Shown: piece after piece, positions 19,745-28,465 of the stretch
Numbering within the stretch: position 1 is the stretch's first letter
Layout: the number at the start of each line of letters is the position of its first letter
DNA from: Nitrospirota bacterium
GTDB lineage: Bacteria > Nitrospirota > Thermodesulfovibrionia > Thermodesulfovibrionales > Magnetobacteriaceae
Length of the DNA stretch: 37,924 nucleotides
Assembly (NCBI GenBank): GCA_015233485.1
Contig: JADFXO010000001.1
Location: 1-37,924 of the forward strand
Direction: 5' to 3'
Notes under the pieces: generated by a model
Databases searched by the model: none
Seen by the model: the letters and a program-made list of their open reading frames with translations, nothing else
Told to the model about the DNA's origin: nothing
Translations under genes and position numbers: made by a program

Positions 19745-20905
19745 TTATCCATAGTCAATCCTATCCATAATTGAACTTATGATTCGGTTACTGACGAGAA
19801 ACCCCTTTCTCGTCAGTCTCAATCGGGTCTCATCAAGTTGTGCAAGGCCGTTTTCCACAAGCGCCTGTAATCCTGGCACATCAAGACCGCCCTCCCTAAG
19901 TCTTTCTACGGACACGCCTTCTGCCGTTCGAAGTCCAAGGAAAATGTCTTCTTTCAGCCCTTCAAGGCCGTCAATGACCGTCGTCTCATAAACTGGCAGC
20001 GTATTGTCTTCTATGGCGGTTAGATATTGCGTGAGGTCAGCGGCGTTGGAAGTCCTCACGGTATAGTTGCGCTCATCTGCTGGTATTTTCAAATGTGAAT
20101 GCGCGGCGGCGCCTATCCCCGCATAAAGGCCCCGCCGCCAGTAGTTTTGGTTATGGCGGCATAGGAAAAAACCCACGGCGGCGAAGTTTGAGATTTCATA
20201 GTGGTGGAGTCCCGCACCGGCAAATAGTTCGGCCGCCAAAGAATACATCGCCACAATATCGTCCTCAACGGGAAGGGCAGCCTCCCCTATTTTGACACGT
20301 CTGCCAAAGTGCGTGTCTGCCTCCGGGGTCAGCTCATATGCCGATACGTGTGGTGGTGCAAAGGAAAGCGCCGCCTCGACTGTCCTTATCCAGCCTTCGA
20401 CCCTCTGCCCCTCAAGGCCATAGATGAGGTCAATAGAGAAATTCCCGAAATATTTTTTTATGATGTCTAATGCCCTGGCGGCCTCTGCCGCGTTGTGGAT
20501 ACGTCTCAGTGATTGTAACTCCGCGTCGTTAAAGGACTGCACACCCACGCTTATCCTGTTTACGCCCGCCTGTCTGAGGGCGCGGAGTTTTTCGTCGTCA
20601 ACGCTGGAAGGGTTGGCCTCCATAGTGATTTCGGCACCGCTTTCTATACCAAAATTATTGTTAATGAATTCAAGGATGCGCGCGATTGACCCGGCTTCAA
20701 AGATGGAGGGCGTGCCGCCGCCGATATAGATAGTTTTAAGTGTGCCGATATTATCTTTTCGCAGTATAAGCTCACTTTTAAGGGCGTTGACATAGCGTTT
20801 TTCCATCTCTCTTTCCATGCCGCTTTCATACGGTATTGAAAAAAAGTCGCAGTACAGGCATTTCCTTAGACAAAAGGGGATGTGGATGTAAAGAGCTCCG
20901 GCCAT
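19745..20905 (-). CDS. hemW: Radical SAM heme chaperone HemW (HemN-like)
   Basis: LYIHIPFC, CxxxCxxC (CLRKCLYC), GGGTPS, EANP, YEISNF, and the HemW-type HNxxYW (HNQNYW). Confidence 0.88.
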   Translation of the reverse strand: MAGALYIHIPFCLRKCLYCDFFSIPYESGMEREMEKRYVNALKSELILRKDNIGTLKTIYIGGGTPSIFEAGSIARILEFINNNFGIESGAEITMEANPSSVDDEKLRALRQAGVNRISVGVQSFNDAELQSLRRIHNAAEAARALDIIKKYFGNFSIDLIYGLEGQRVEGWIRTVEAALSFAPPHVSAYELTPEADTHFGRRVKIGEAALPVEDDIVAMYSLAAELFAGAGLHHYEISNFAAVGFFLCRHNQNYWRRGLYAGIGAAAHSHLKIPADERNYTVRTSNAADLTQYLTAIEDNTLPVYETTVIDGLEGLKEDIFLGLRTAEGVSVERLREGGLDVPGLQALVENGLAQLDETRLRLTRKGFLVSNRIISSIMDRIDYG

Positions 20906-20934
20906 GTTATATTATTACAAAAACATGCCGGCTA

Positions 20935-20963
20935 TTGACACCTCTATATGACTATTTGATAAT
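20935..20963 (+). promoter_or_regulatory. Putative sigma70 promoter upstream of the repeat element and mazG-lipA
   Basis: TTGACA-N17-GATAAT. Confidence 0.45.
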
Positions 20964-21003
20964 ATTCTAAATGCCTGTGAAGTTAATTCTGGTAGAGGGT
21001 TCT

Positions 21004-21191
21004 CTGGATTCCTGCTTTCGCAGGAATGACAGGCCTGGGTGTTCATTTGTCATGTTTTGTCTCGCCCATCTGTCGTGTCTGTCTTGCCTGTCCTATATGT
21101 CATGCCTGGCCTATATGCCATGCCTGTCCTATCATTTGTCTTGTCAGCCCTATCTGTCTTGTCTGTCATTCCTGCGAAAGCAGGAATCCAG
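21004..21191. repeat. REP/MITE-like element: perfect 29-bp terminal inverted repeats enclosing degenerate 9-bp tandem repeats
   Basis: ctggattcctgctttcgcaggaatgacag (21004-21032) is the exact reverse complement of 21163-21191; interior units tgtcgtgtc, tgtcttgcc, tgtcctata, tgtcatgcc, etc. Confidence 0.9.
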
Positions 21192-21236
21192 TTTTCTTTT
21201 TGACGGAGTTGACTGCACAGGAGATTTATTCTACCA

Positions 21237-22025
21237 ATGAAACGCCAACCGTCGGGATTTAAAGGCCTTGTCGGGATAATGGACGCGCTGAGGTCTGAGC
21301 GAGGCTGCCCGTGGGACAAGGAGCAGTCGGCACACACCCTGATAGCGTATCTGATTGAGGAGACCCACGAACTAATAGAGGCCGTTGAAGAGGAAAACCC
21401 TGATAAGATTCGCGAAGAGCTTGGCGATGTCCTGTTTCAGCTACTCTTCCTTGCCCGAATAGAACAGGAAAAAGGGACATTCGACATTTACGACGTTATT
21501 GATGGTATAAGCGATAAGATGGTAACACGGCATCCCCATGTGTTTGGCGAAGTGGTATGCGAAACTGCCTCCGAGGTGCTTAAACAGTGGGACGCGATAA
21601 AAAAATCCGAGGGAAGGCACGAGGAATCCTCTCTAAACGGTGTGCCTAAGACACTTCCCTCACTCCTGCGGGCGTTTATGATTTCCGACAGGGCATCACG
21701 TGCCGGTTTCGATTGGAATAAGACAGGCGAAGTCTTAGAGAAACTCGACGAGGAGCTCGCTGAATTTAAAGAGGCCGTAAGCCTGAACGACACCGCCAAA
21801 ATCGAGGACGAACTCGGCGACATCCTCTTTACCATAGTCAATGCCGCACGGTTTATTCAGGTCAATCCCGAGGATGCCCTAAGAAAGACCATAAACCGGT
21901 TCATAGGTAGATTTCAACACATGGAGCAAAGTGCGAAAAGCCGTAATAATAAACCCCTTAGCGCCATGACAATCGCCGAAATGGACGCCCTATGGGAAGA
22001 GGCGAAACGCGAAGGTTTGTTTTAG
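21237..22025 (+). CDS. mazG: Nucleoside triphosphate pyrophosphohydrolase MazG
   Basis: LR...GCPWDKEQ, EELGDVLFQ, RHPHVFG, AGFDW, EDELGDILF. Confidence 0.95.
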   Translation: MKRQPSGFKGLVGIMDALRSERGCPWDKEQSAHTLIAYLIEETHELIEAVEEENPDKIREELGDVLFQLLFLARIEQEKGTFDIYDVIDGISDKMVTRHPHVFGEVVCETASEVLKQWDAIKKSEGRHEESSLNGVPKTLPSLLRAFMISDRASRAGFDWNKTGEVLEKLDEELAEFKEAVSLNDTAKIEDELGDILFTIVNAARFIQVNPEDALRKTINRFIGRFQHMEQSAKSRNNKPLSAMTIAEMDALWEEAKREGLF

Positions 22026-22034
22026 AAATACGAT

Positions 22035-22883
22035 ATGGAAAGACTGCCAGACTGGCTTAAGACCAACACATTTAAAGATCTAAGAGGAACAAAACGCCTC
22101 CTTCGCGCTAACCGGCTCTCAACGGTCTGCGAAGAGGCCAGATGCCCCAATCGCGGCCACTGTTTCAGCCGCCCTACCGCCACATTTATGATTCTTGGAA
22201 AGGACTGTACGAGGAGCTGCGGTTTCTGTTCAGTCTCTCACGTACGGCCGTCGCCCGTAGACGCAGAAGAACCACGCCGCGTTGCCGGGGCGGCAAAGGC
22301 CATGAACCTGACGCACGTGGTAATCACCTCCGTAACCCGCGACGACCTGCCTGACGGGGGGGCCGGGCACTTCGCCGCCACCGTGGCGGCAGTCAGAGAC
22401 CTGCTTCCCAACGCTAAAATAGAGGTATTGACGCCGGATTTTAAGGGCAATCTTAAGGCGCTCCATGGCGTACTCGACGCCGAACCGGACGTGTTTAATC
22501 ACAACGTAGAGACCGTGCCGTCGTTATACTATAAGGTGAGGCCACAGGCTAATTATGGATTGTCATTAAGAATGCTCGCAGCGGCAAGGGATTACTCATC
22601 AAAGGTAAAGATAAAGTCTGGCCTGATGGTAGGCCTGGGAGAGCGTTTTGACGAGGTGGTTGGCGTCCTGAGAGATTTAAGGAGCTGCGGGTGTAATTTT
22701 ATAACGATAGGGCAGTACCTGCGGCCGCGCAAAACCAACATTGCGGTTGTGGAGTACGTGCCGCCCGGCGTCTTTGATTTATACAGGGAAAAGGCGGAGG
22801 AACTAGGGTTTGAAGCGGTGGCATCCGCCCCGCTTGTAAGAAGTTCAATGGATGCCGACCAGATGTTATTGCCCCACACATGA
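22035..22883 (+). CDS. lipA: Lipoyl synthase
   Basis: CEEARCPNRGHC, CTRSCGFC, VITSVTRDDL, HNVETV, GQYLRP, VRSS. Confidence 0.96.
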   Translation: MERLPDWLKTNTFKDLRGTKRLLRANRLSTVCEEARCPNRGHCFSRPTATFMILGKDCTRSCGFCSVSHVRPSPVDAEEPRRVAGAAKAMNLTHVVITSVTRDDLPDGGAGHFAATVAAVRDLLPNAKIEVLTPDFKGNLKALHGVLDAEPDVFNHNVETVPSLYYKVRPQANYGLSLRMLAAARDYSSKVKIKSGLMVGLGERFDEVVGVLRDLRSCGCNFITIGQYLRPRKTNIAVVEYVPPGVFDLYREKAEELGFEAVASAPLVRSSMDADQMLLPHT

Positions 22884-22917
22884 TACGTTTCTGGCCGCGC
22901 GAATTCGGGCAGCCGGA

Positions 22918-22947
22918 TAGACTTAAATAACATCTGTTAGTTACAAT
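22918..22947 (+). promoter_or_regulatory. Putative promoter for the nucleotidyltransferase pair
   Basis: TAGACT-N18-TACAAT. Confidence 0.35.
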
Positions 22948-22969
22948 ACAGCCATTGCGGCAAACTCAC

Positions 22970-23500
22970 ATGAATTTCGAAATCGTCCTGGGGACGCTGA
23001 CAAATGAATTCGCCCGGTATGGTATAAGCTATGCCCTAATCGGCGGTTTGGCCTTTAATCTATGGGGAGTACACAGGTCAACCGTGGATGTGGACTTTCT
23101 CGTCCTTAGAAACGACATGGAAAAAGTAGCCGCGATTATGGAAAAAAATGACTATGAGTGCAGATACAAGACCAGAAACGTATCTCAGTACGTCTCACCT
23201 TTGCGGGTATTCGGGGAGGTTGACTTTCTTCACGCCTTCAGAGACACCACAGTTGCCATGTTAAAGAGGACTACCGTAAAGGCCGCCTTTAGCGGTACGT
23301 TAAACATCAATGTCCTAGGGCCTGAGGACTTAATCGGCCTGAAACTTCAGGCTATGAAAAATGACCCCGAACGCGGCCTTATCGACGCCTCGGATATCAG
23401 GGCGCTTGTGCGCATCTGTAAGAACTCTCTCGATGTCGAATCAGTTAAAAGATATTTCGAACTTTTCGAGATGGATTTTCAGGATTTTTTTAAAGTATGA
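22970..23500 (+). CDS. Pol-beta-superfamily nucleotidyltransferase (AbiEii/DUF6036-like)
   Basis: YALIGGLA...G..RSTVDVDFLV and EDLIGLK; start moved to ATG 22970. Confidence 0.75.
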   Translation: MNFEIVLGTLTNEFARYGISYALIGGLAFNLWGVHRSTVDVDFLVLRNDMEKVAAIMEKNDYECRYKTRNVSQYVSPLRVFGEVDFLHAFRDTTVAMLKRTTVKAAFSGTLNINVLGPEDLIGLKLQAMKNDPERGLIDASDIRALVRICKNSLDVESVKRYFELFEMDFQDFFKV

Positions 23501-23721
23501 ACCGGTTCGACAAAAGCGGCACTGACCTTTATAGCATGTCAAAGTCTGAGACGCTACGGCTTGACATGCGGAGAGTTGCCGCACAAAGGCATAATCCGTT
23601 CATGAAAAACGGGCAGCCCGATATCGACGCCTGCCTTGAGTTCCTTATGGAATATAATGAATTCATAAATCACGAACCCAAGCCGTTTCGTAAAATCAAA
23701 GACACTGTGATGCTGTTATAA
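23497..23721 (+). CDS. Small hypothetical protein coupled to the nucleotidyltransferase
   Basis: ATGA overlap with the upstream stop; 74 aa. Confidence 0.65.
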   Translation: MNRFDKSGTDLYSMSKSETLRLDMRRVAAQRHNPFMKNGQPDIDACLEFLMEYNEFINHEPKPFRKIKDTVMLL

Positions 23722-23746
23722 CAGGGGTTGCCCCCCCGATTGGATA

Positions 23747-26116
23747 CTATGAATTTGCCTGCGGGTGCGCGTCCGGCTCTGATTTACTTACATCTAAACT
23801 TATCATGAACTCTGCCCCATCCCCGATGTTTCTGACTTTCAGGGTGCCGCCCATGTTAGTCTCCACTATTGTTTTTGACATATAAAGTCCAAGTCCCGTG
23901 CCTTCCTTTCCCTTTGTCGTATAGTAGTGGCCAAAGATTTTATCTATTATGTCTTCCGGAATGCCGCCGCCGTTGTCCCTTATTGAGATTATTATTTTAT
24001 CTCTCTCTTTATTATTGCCGATGGTTATTTCTATCTGTCCGCGTATTGGCGGTGAGACGGCAGCGTCTCTCCTAGCAATGATGGCGTCTTTTGAGTTATT
24101 CAGGATGTTGAGCATCACCTGCTTAAATTCATTTGGGTATCCCTCTGTAAATAACAATGTATCCTGGCTGACTTTTATAGAAACATCTATCTTGCCTCTG
24201 TCAAACACCTGTTTAAACATTGAGAATATTTCCTCTATGTTCTTTTGCACGTTGAATCGCAGTTTCTTCTTTGACGGCTTGAAAAAATTCTTAAAATCGT
24301 CTATCGTCTTCGACATAAAGTTTATCTGATCCATAGTTATATAGACAACCTGTTCTATGAATTTCTTGTCAAGCTCTCCGAAGTCATACGCATCCTTTAA
24401 ATCCTGCACATTTAAACCTATGACATTAAGAGGCTGTCTCCATTGATGCGCGATTAGTCCTATCATTTCACCCATCGCCGCCATTTTCGACTGCTGAACG
24501 AGCATCTGCTTCTGATATATAATTTTACTTATTCCCTCTTCCACGCGCCGCTCCAGTGTCCTGTTTAACTCCACTAATTCCTCTTCCATCTTCTTGCGCC
24601 CGGTAACGTCAGTGATGAAGCCTTGAAAAAGCACCGCGCCGTCTCCCTCCCTCTGCGGCTTTGCGTTGCCAAGTACCCAGCGTGTCGTGCCGTCGTCAAA
24701 TACCAGACGCGCCTCGTGCTGCCAGTGCGTCAAGTCTGCGGCCGATTCCCGGATAGAGGCAAAGAAGCCATCGTAGTCGTCCGGGTGCAAGAGGGTGAAT
24801 ACCCTTGAGGCATCTTCGCGGACTTCCTCAGGGGCTACCCGGTATATCTCCCTGAAGGCTGCACTGGCGTAAGGAAAACAACTGCTTCCATCAGGGTGCA
24901 ATCTGAATTGGTATATGGCGCCGGGGACATTGTCGGCGATATTCTGCAGGAGATTCAGGGTTAGTTCTTTCTGCGCCTGCGCCCTCTTACGTTCCATAAT
25001 CTCGTTTAACAATTCCGCGTTGGTTGCTATTAATTCACGGGTTTTCTCCCCTACAAGTTCATTGAGGTGGTCTTGGTGCATTCTTAACTCTTTGATCATC
25101 TTGTTAAAGGAACCTGCTAAAACGCCGACCTCATCGTCGGACTTAATATCTGCAACAGCAGAACTGGATCCCTCAGAGATTTCCTGAGTAACCTTACACA
25201 GCGTCTTTATAGGCTCGACGACTTTTAACGACACGCGGCGTGATATATAGATTGCGATTAACAATAGGATGAGAACAGAAAACGGCGAGGCTATCTTCAG
25301 TATCATCCTCTGCCTGTAAGTTTTTTCGCCGGACACCGCAACCACAAGGACTCCTGTTCGGCCATTATCAAGCTCCATAGGTTTGGCCGCGACATAACAC
25401 CTCACCCCGCCAATCACCATCTCTTTATCTATTTGCCTTTGCTGTGTCTTTACCTTGTTAATCAATGTCTTGAGATTAGAGTCCGAAAATACGCTGTTAT
25501 TCATAATGGTAGTAGCCTGTGGGAGGTCGCCGTTATAAACAATAATTTCTATTCCAAATTCATTCTTCATGTGAGTCAATAAGTCATAATCCAAATGACG
25601 GGTAACCTCCATGACTCCAACAAGTTTACCTTTTGCCCTGATTTGTACAAGGGCGGCAAACTCTATTCCATCTTCATCGCCTATTGTGGCGCTTACATCT
25701 TCCCCTTTGAGTACACGTGCCAGCATATCTTTATTAATGCCGTGTTCACTTTCCAGCGGCTCCCTGAAGTACCCATCCGCCAGCATTAATCCTTCGTGGT
25801 CATAAACTCTAATGTCGCTCGCTCCTAACAGGGCCTTTAGATTTGGCAGTTCGCTTAACAGGGCTTTTCCGTCCCTAAGTTCGGCCATTTTCACCAGCCC
25901 CCCTTCTGTGACGGCTTGGCGGGCGATATCAAGAAGCCGCTGTTCTGAAAACTCAAACTCCTCATGAATCCCCTTGAGGCCGCTGGCGAGCATCAATCCA
26001 AAACTTTCACTGATCTGTCTTTCAATTATCGTTAAGCAGACTATAATTATAATTAAAGCCGGAAATATAATCAGTGGAAGAAAATTTGCCAGTATTCTGT
26101 TTTGTAATTTTTTCAT
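23747..26116 (-). CDS. Membrane sensor histidine kinase (periplasmic Cache-like domain, HAMP, PAS, HisKA, HATPase)
   Basis: Two TM helices, HAMP (DEVGVLAGSFNKM), PAS (LHPDD), AHQWRQPLN, DNGGG, GTGLGL; ATGA overlap with the TupA-like stop. Confidence 0.9.
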   Translation of the reverse strand: MKKLQNRILANFLPLIIFPALIIIIVCLTIIERQISESFGLMLASGLKGIHEEFEFSEQRLLDIARQAVTEGGLVKMAELRDGKALLSELPNLKALLGASDIRVYDHEGLMLADGYFREPLESEHGINKDMLARVLKGEDVSATIGDEDGIEFAALVQIRAKGKLVGVMEVTRHLDYDLLTHMKNEFGIEIIVYNGDLPQATTIMNNSVFSDSNLKTLINKVKTQQRQIDKEMVIGGVRCYVAAKPMELDNGRTGVLVVAVSGEKTYRQRMILKIASPFSVLILLLIAIYISRRVSLKVVEPIKTLCKVTQEISEGSSSAVADIKSDDEVGVLAGSFNKMIKELRMHQDHLNELVGEKTRELIATNAELLNEIMERKRAQAQKELTLNLLQNIADNVPGAIYQFRLHPDGSSCFPYASAAFREIYRVAPEEVREDASRVFTLLHPDDYDGFFASIRESAADLTHWQHEARLVFDDGTTRWVLGNAKPQREGDGAVLFQGFITDVTGRKKMEEELVELNRTLERRVEEGISKIIYQKQMLVQQSKMAAMGEMIGLIAHQWRQPLNVIGLNVQDLKDAYDFGELDKKFIEQVVYITMDQINFMSKTIDDFKNFFKPSKKKLRFNVQKNIEEIFSMFKQVFDRGKIDVSIKVSQDTLLFTEGYPNEFKQVMLNILNNSKDAIIARRDAAVSPPIRGQIEITIGNNKERDKIIISIRDNGGGIPEDIIDKIFGHYYTTKGKEGTGLGLYMSKTIVETNMGGTLKVRNIGDGAEFMISLDVSKSEPDAHPQANS

Positions 26117-27030
26117 TGGCACGTGTAATTCTTAAGGGCCAGAGGAACAAATAATGCCCTGTTGTATTTCATTTTTCCATAATAGCAGATTATCTCCTTT
26201 CCATCTACGGATGTGATAAAATCAATAAACTTCATGGCAGGTTCATAATTCACTCCGGGAACATTGGCCGGGCTAACGGCAATAACCCCGTAAGGATTAA
26301 ATAATTTCCTGTCTCCTTCCACGACAATCACAAGGTTCAACTCTTCCTTGTTAAAAAGGTAAGAGCTTCTGTCTGCAAGGCAATATGCCTTTTTTTCTGA
26401 GGCCATTCTAAGCATCGAAAGCTGGTCTTTACCATTCGATATATACCACTGGCCTGATGGTTTTATATCGAGCAGCTTCCACAGGCTCTTTTCTCTGACA
26501 TGGGTACCTGCATTCTTTCCTCGTGAGACAAAAAGGGCTTTTTTGTCCGAAATCGCCTTCATGGCGGACAGCGCATCCTTTTCCCCTTTTAAATGAATCG
26601 GGTCATCGGGCGGGCCAAGTATTATAAAATCATTATACATGACATCCTTCCTGTTGATGCCATAGCCCTCCGATACGAATTTATCCTCGTCCTCTCTTGA
26701 ATGAACTAAAACAACATCGGCAGAACCGCTTCTGGCCTTCTGAAGAGCCTCGCCGCTTCCACTTATGAGCATTTCTACTTTAATTCCATACTTCTTCTCA
26801 AAAACCGGAATAAGCCTCTCCAGCAAGCCGGACTCAACTGTGGTTGTGCTGGTAGCAAGCCTTAAAACCTGCTCATTTGTCTTTTGCGATGATTTGTCCG
26901 GCTGCTTGTGGCAGCCACAGGCAACTACCCAAATCACTGCAACCAAAACAGTTATCGCCGCTTTTATATAACCTTTACAATGTACCCATGCAAGCAATCT
27001 GACACCAGTCCCTTTCTTTGCATATAGCAT
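26113..27030 (-). CDS. TupA-like (tungstate ABC-type) substrate-binding lipoprotein, divergent
   Basis: LRLATSTT..SGLL, DVVLVH, MYNDFIILGPPDDP, FVSRG...GTH, LFNPYGVI; lipobox-like VVAC. Confidence 0.82.
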   Translation of the reverse strand: MLYAKKGTGVRLLAWVHCKGYIKAAITVLVAVIWVVACGCHKQPDKSSQKTNEQVLRLATSTTTVESGLLERLIPVFEKKYGIKVEMLISGSGEALQKARSGSADVVLVHSREDEDKFVSEGYGINRKDVMYNDFIILGPPDDPIHLKGEKDALSAMKAISDKKALFVSRGKNAGTHVREKSLWKLLDIKPSGQWYISNGKDQLSMLRMASEKKAYCLADRSSYLFNKEELNLVIVVEGDRKLFNPYGVIAVSPANVPGVNYEPAMKFIDFITSVDGKEIICYYGKMKYNRALFVPLALKNYTCQ

Positions 27031-27103
27031 GTATATATCCTAACATCTTTAATCTGATAATGGGAAAAATATTCTGTTGAATGTGTTTGCCCTGCACCTC
27101 ATG

Positions 27104-27132
27104 TTGACACAAAATTATTTTTCTGCTACTGT
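27104..27132 (+). promoter_or_regulatory. Putative promoter giving a leaderless transcript
   Basis: TTGACA-N17-TACTGT with extended TG; the ATG starts 7 bp after the -10 and there is no SD. Confidence 0.5.
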
Positions 27133-27138
27133 AAAGAC

Positions 27139-27591
27139 ATGAGTGTGATAGCGATTCCTCATTCGATAAGAGAGCGCCTTGGAGATGAGGCCAGCGAAGA
27201 CTTCGCCGCCCTTATCAACGGTATAGACTTAGGCGCCAGAAAGGACGCTATTGCTATCGCTGAGGAGCGGTTTGAACGCCGTCTTGTTGAGGAAACAGGC
27301 AAACTGCGGATTGACATAGGTAAACTCAACGAGCGCATCTCAGTTGAGATTGGTAAAGTCAACGAGCGCATTTCAGTTGAGATTGGTAAAGTCAACGAGC
27401 GCATCTCAGAGGAAACAGGCAAACTACGAGTTGAGATAGGTAAAGTCAACGAGCGAATCTCAGAGGAATCGGGCAAACTACGGGCAGAGATTGCCAATAC
27501 TAAAGCTGACATAATCAAGTGGATGTTTCTTTTCTGGATAGGCCAAACTGCCGTCATGGTCGCTCTGTTTAAATTCTTTGCAGTTAAATAG
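27139..27591 (+). CDS. DUF1640/CCDC90-like coiled-coil protein with C-terminal membrane anchor
   Basis: Head (LGDEA), EERFERRL, repeat stalk, KADIIKWMFLFWIGQ anchor. Confidence 0.8.
   Translation: MSVIAIPHSIRERLGDEASEDFAALINGIDLGARKDAIAIAEERFERRLVEETGKLRIDIGKLNERISVEIGKVNERISVEIGKVNERISEETGKLRVEIGKVNERISEESGKLRAEIANTKADIIKWMFLFWIGQTAVMVALFKFFAVK
27289..27483 (+). repeat. Intragenic 33-bp and 21-bp tandem units
   Basis: (VE/ID)IGK(V/L)NERIS x4 interleaved with EE(T/S)GKLR x3; near-identical at DNA level. Confidence 0.85.
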
Positions 27592-27596
27592 CCCAC

Positions 27597-27938
27597 TTGA
27601 CTATAATACTTAAGACGGTCTGCTTACTGATAATGTCCAACGTCTTTATGACGTTTGCGTGGTACGGACACCTGAAGAATCTCAGGGGGAGGGCCTGGTA
27701 TCTGGCCGTTGTGATAAGCTGGTCGATAGCACTCGTGGAGTATCTCTTTCAGGTGCCTGCAAACAGAATCGGCTATGACAAGATGAGTTTATCTCAACTG
27801 AAGATGCTCCATGAGGTGATTACCCTTTCGGTGTTTGTTCCCTTTGCCATGCTTTACATGGGACAGCCCTTAAAACTGGACTACTTATGGGCTGGATTAT
27901 GTCTCTTAGGCGCGGTGTATTTTATTTTCCGATCCTGA
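27597..27938 (+). CDS. DMT-superfamily small membrane protein (DUF486-like)
   Basis: SNVFMTFAWYGHLK, EYLFQVPANRIG, QLK..HEVITL.VFVPF. Confidence 0.85.
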   Translation: MTIILKTVCLLIMSNVFMTFAWYGHLKNLRGRAWYLAVVISWSIALVEYLFQVPANRIGYDKMSLSQLKMLHEVITLSVFVPFAMLYMGQPLKLDYLWAGLCLLGAVYFIFRS

Positions 27939-27958
27939 TAATTTTGGGTAAATCACAT

Positions 27959-28465
27959 TCAAAGAAATATCTTATAAAATCCATTCAGGATATCGGCAGG
28001 CGTAGGGGGGCAGCCAGGTATGTAGACATTTACCGGAATAACCTTATCAATGCCTCCTAATGAGGCATAAGTCTCTCCGAATATCCCGCCGTTACAGGCG
28101 CAGTCCCCACAGGCAATAACTATTTTGGGTGATGGGACAGAGTCATATGTCCTCTTCAGGGCTATTTCCATATTTGCCGATACCGGCCCGGTAACGAGTA
28201 AGATATCGGCAAACCTAGGTGAGGCCGTAAAATGTATACCCAATCTCTCACAGTCGTAAACGGGATTATTTATGGCATGAATCTCAAGTTCACATCCATT
28301 GCATGAACCGGCGTCCACCTCCCTCACCGTCAAACTCCTCCTGAAATACCTCTTTACAGAGTCCTCTAAGCCGATTCCCTTTACCTTAATATTGGGGTCG
28401 TCAACCTGTGGGCTTCGGCCGGTAACTATGCCGGTACGTAGTATCTGGCGCAGGATTCTAATCAT
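27959..28465 (-). CDS. hyfI: Hyf/Ehr small Fe-S subunit (NuoB/HyfI-like)
   Basis: GSCNGCELE, ASPRFAD, VTGPV, GDCA, IPGCPP. Confidence 0.85.
   Translation of the reverse strand: MIRILRQILRTGIVTGRSPQVDDPNIKVKGIGLEDSVKRYFRRSLTVREVDAGSCNGCELEIHAINNPVYDCERLGIHFTASPRFADILLVTGPVSANMEIALKRTYDSVPSPKIVIACGDCACNGGIFGETYASLGGIDKVIPVNVYIPGCPPTPADILNGFYKIFL

Noticed and set aside
19745-20905. True coproporphyrinogen dehydrogenase HemN
   Set aside because: The short N-terminus and HNxxYW motif indicate HemW.
20971-21337. Cys-rich ORFs as confident metallothionein genes
   Set aside because: Two forward frames both give periodic Cys from the 9-bp repeat and there is no clear RBS for 21026; kept only as a speculative note.
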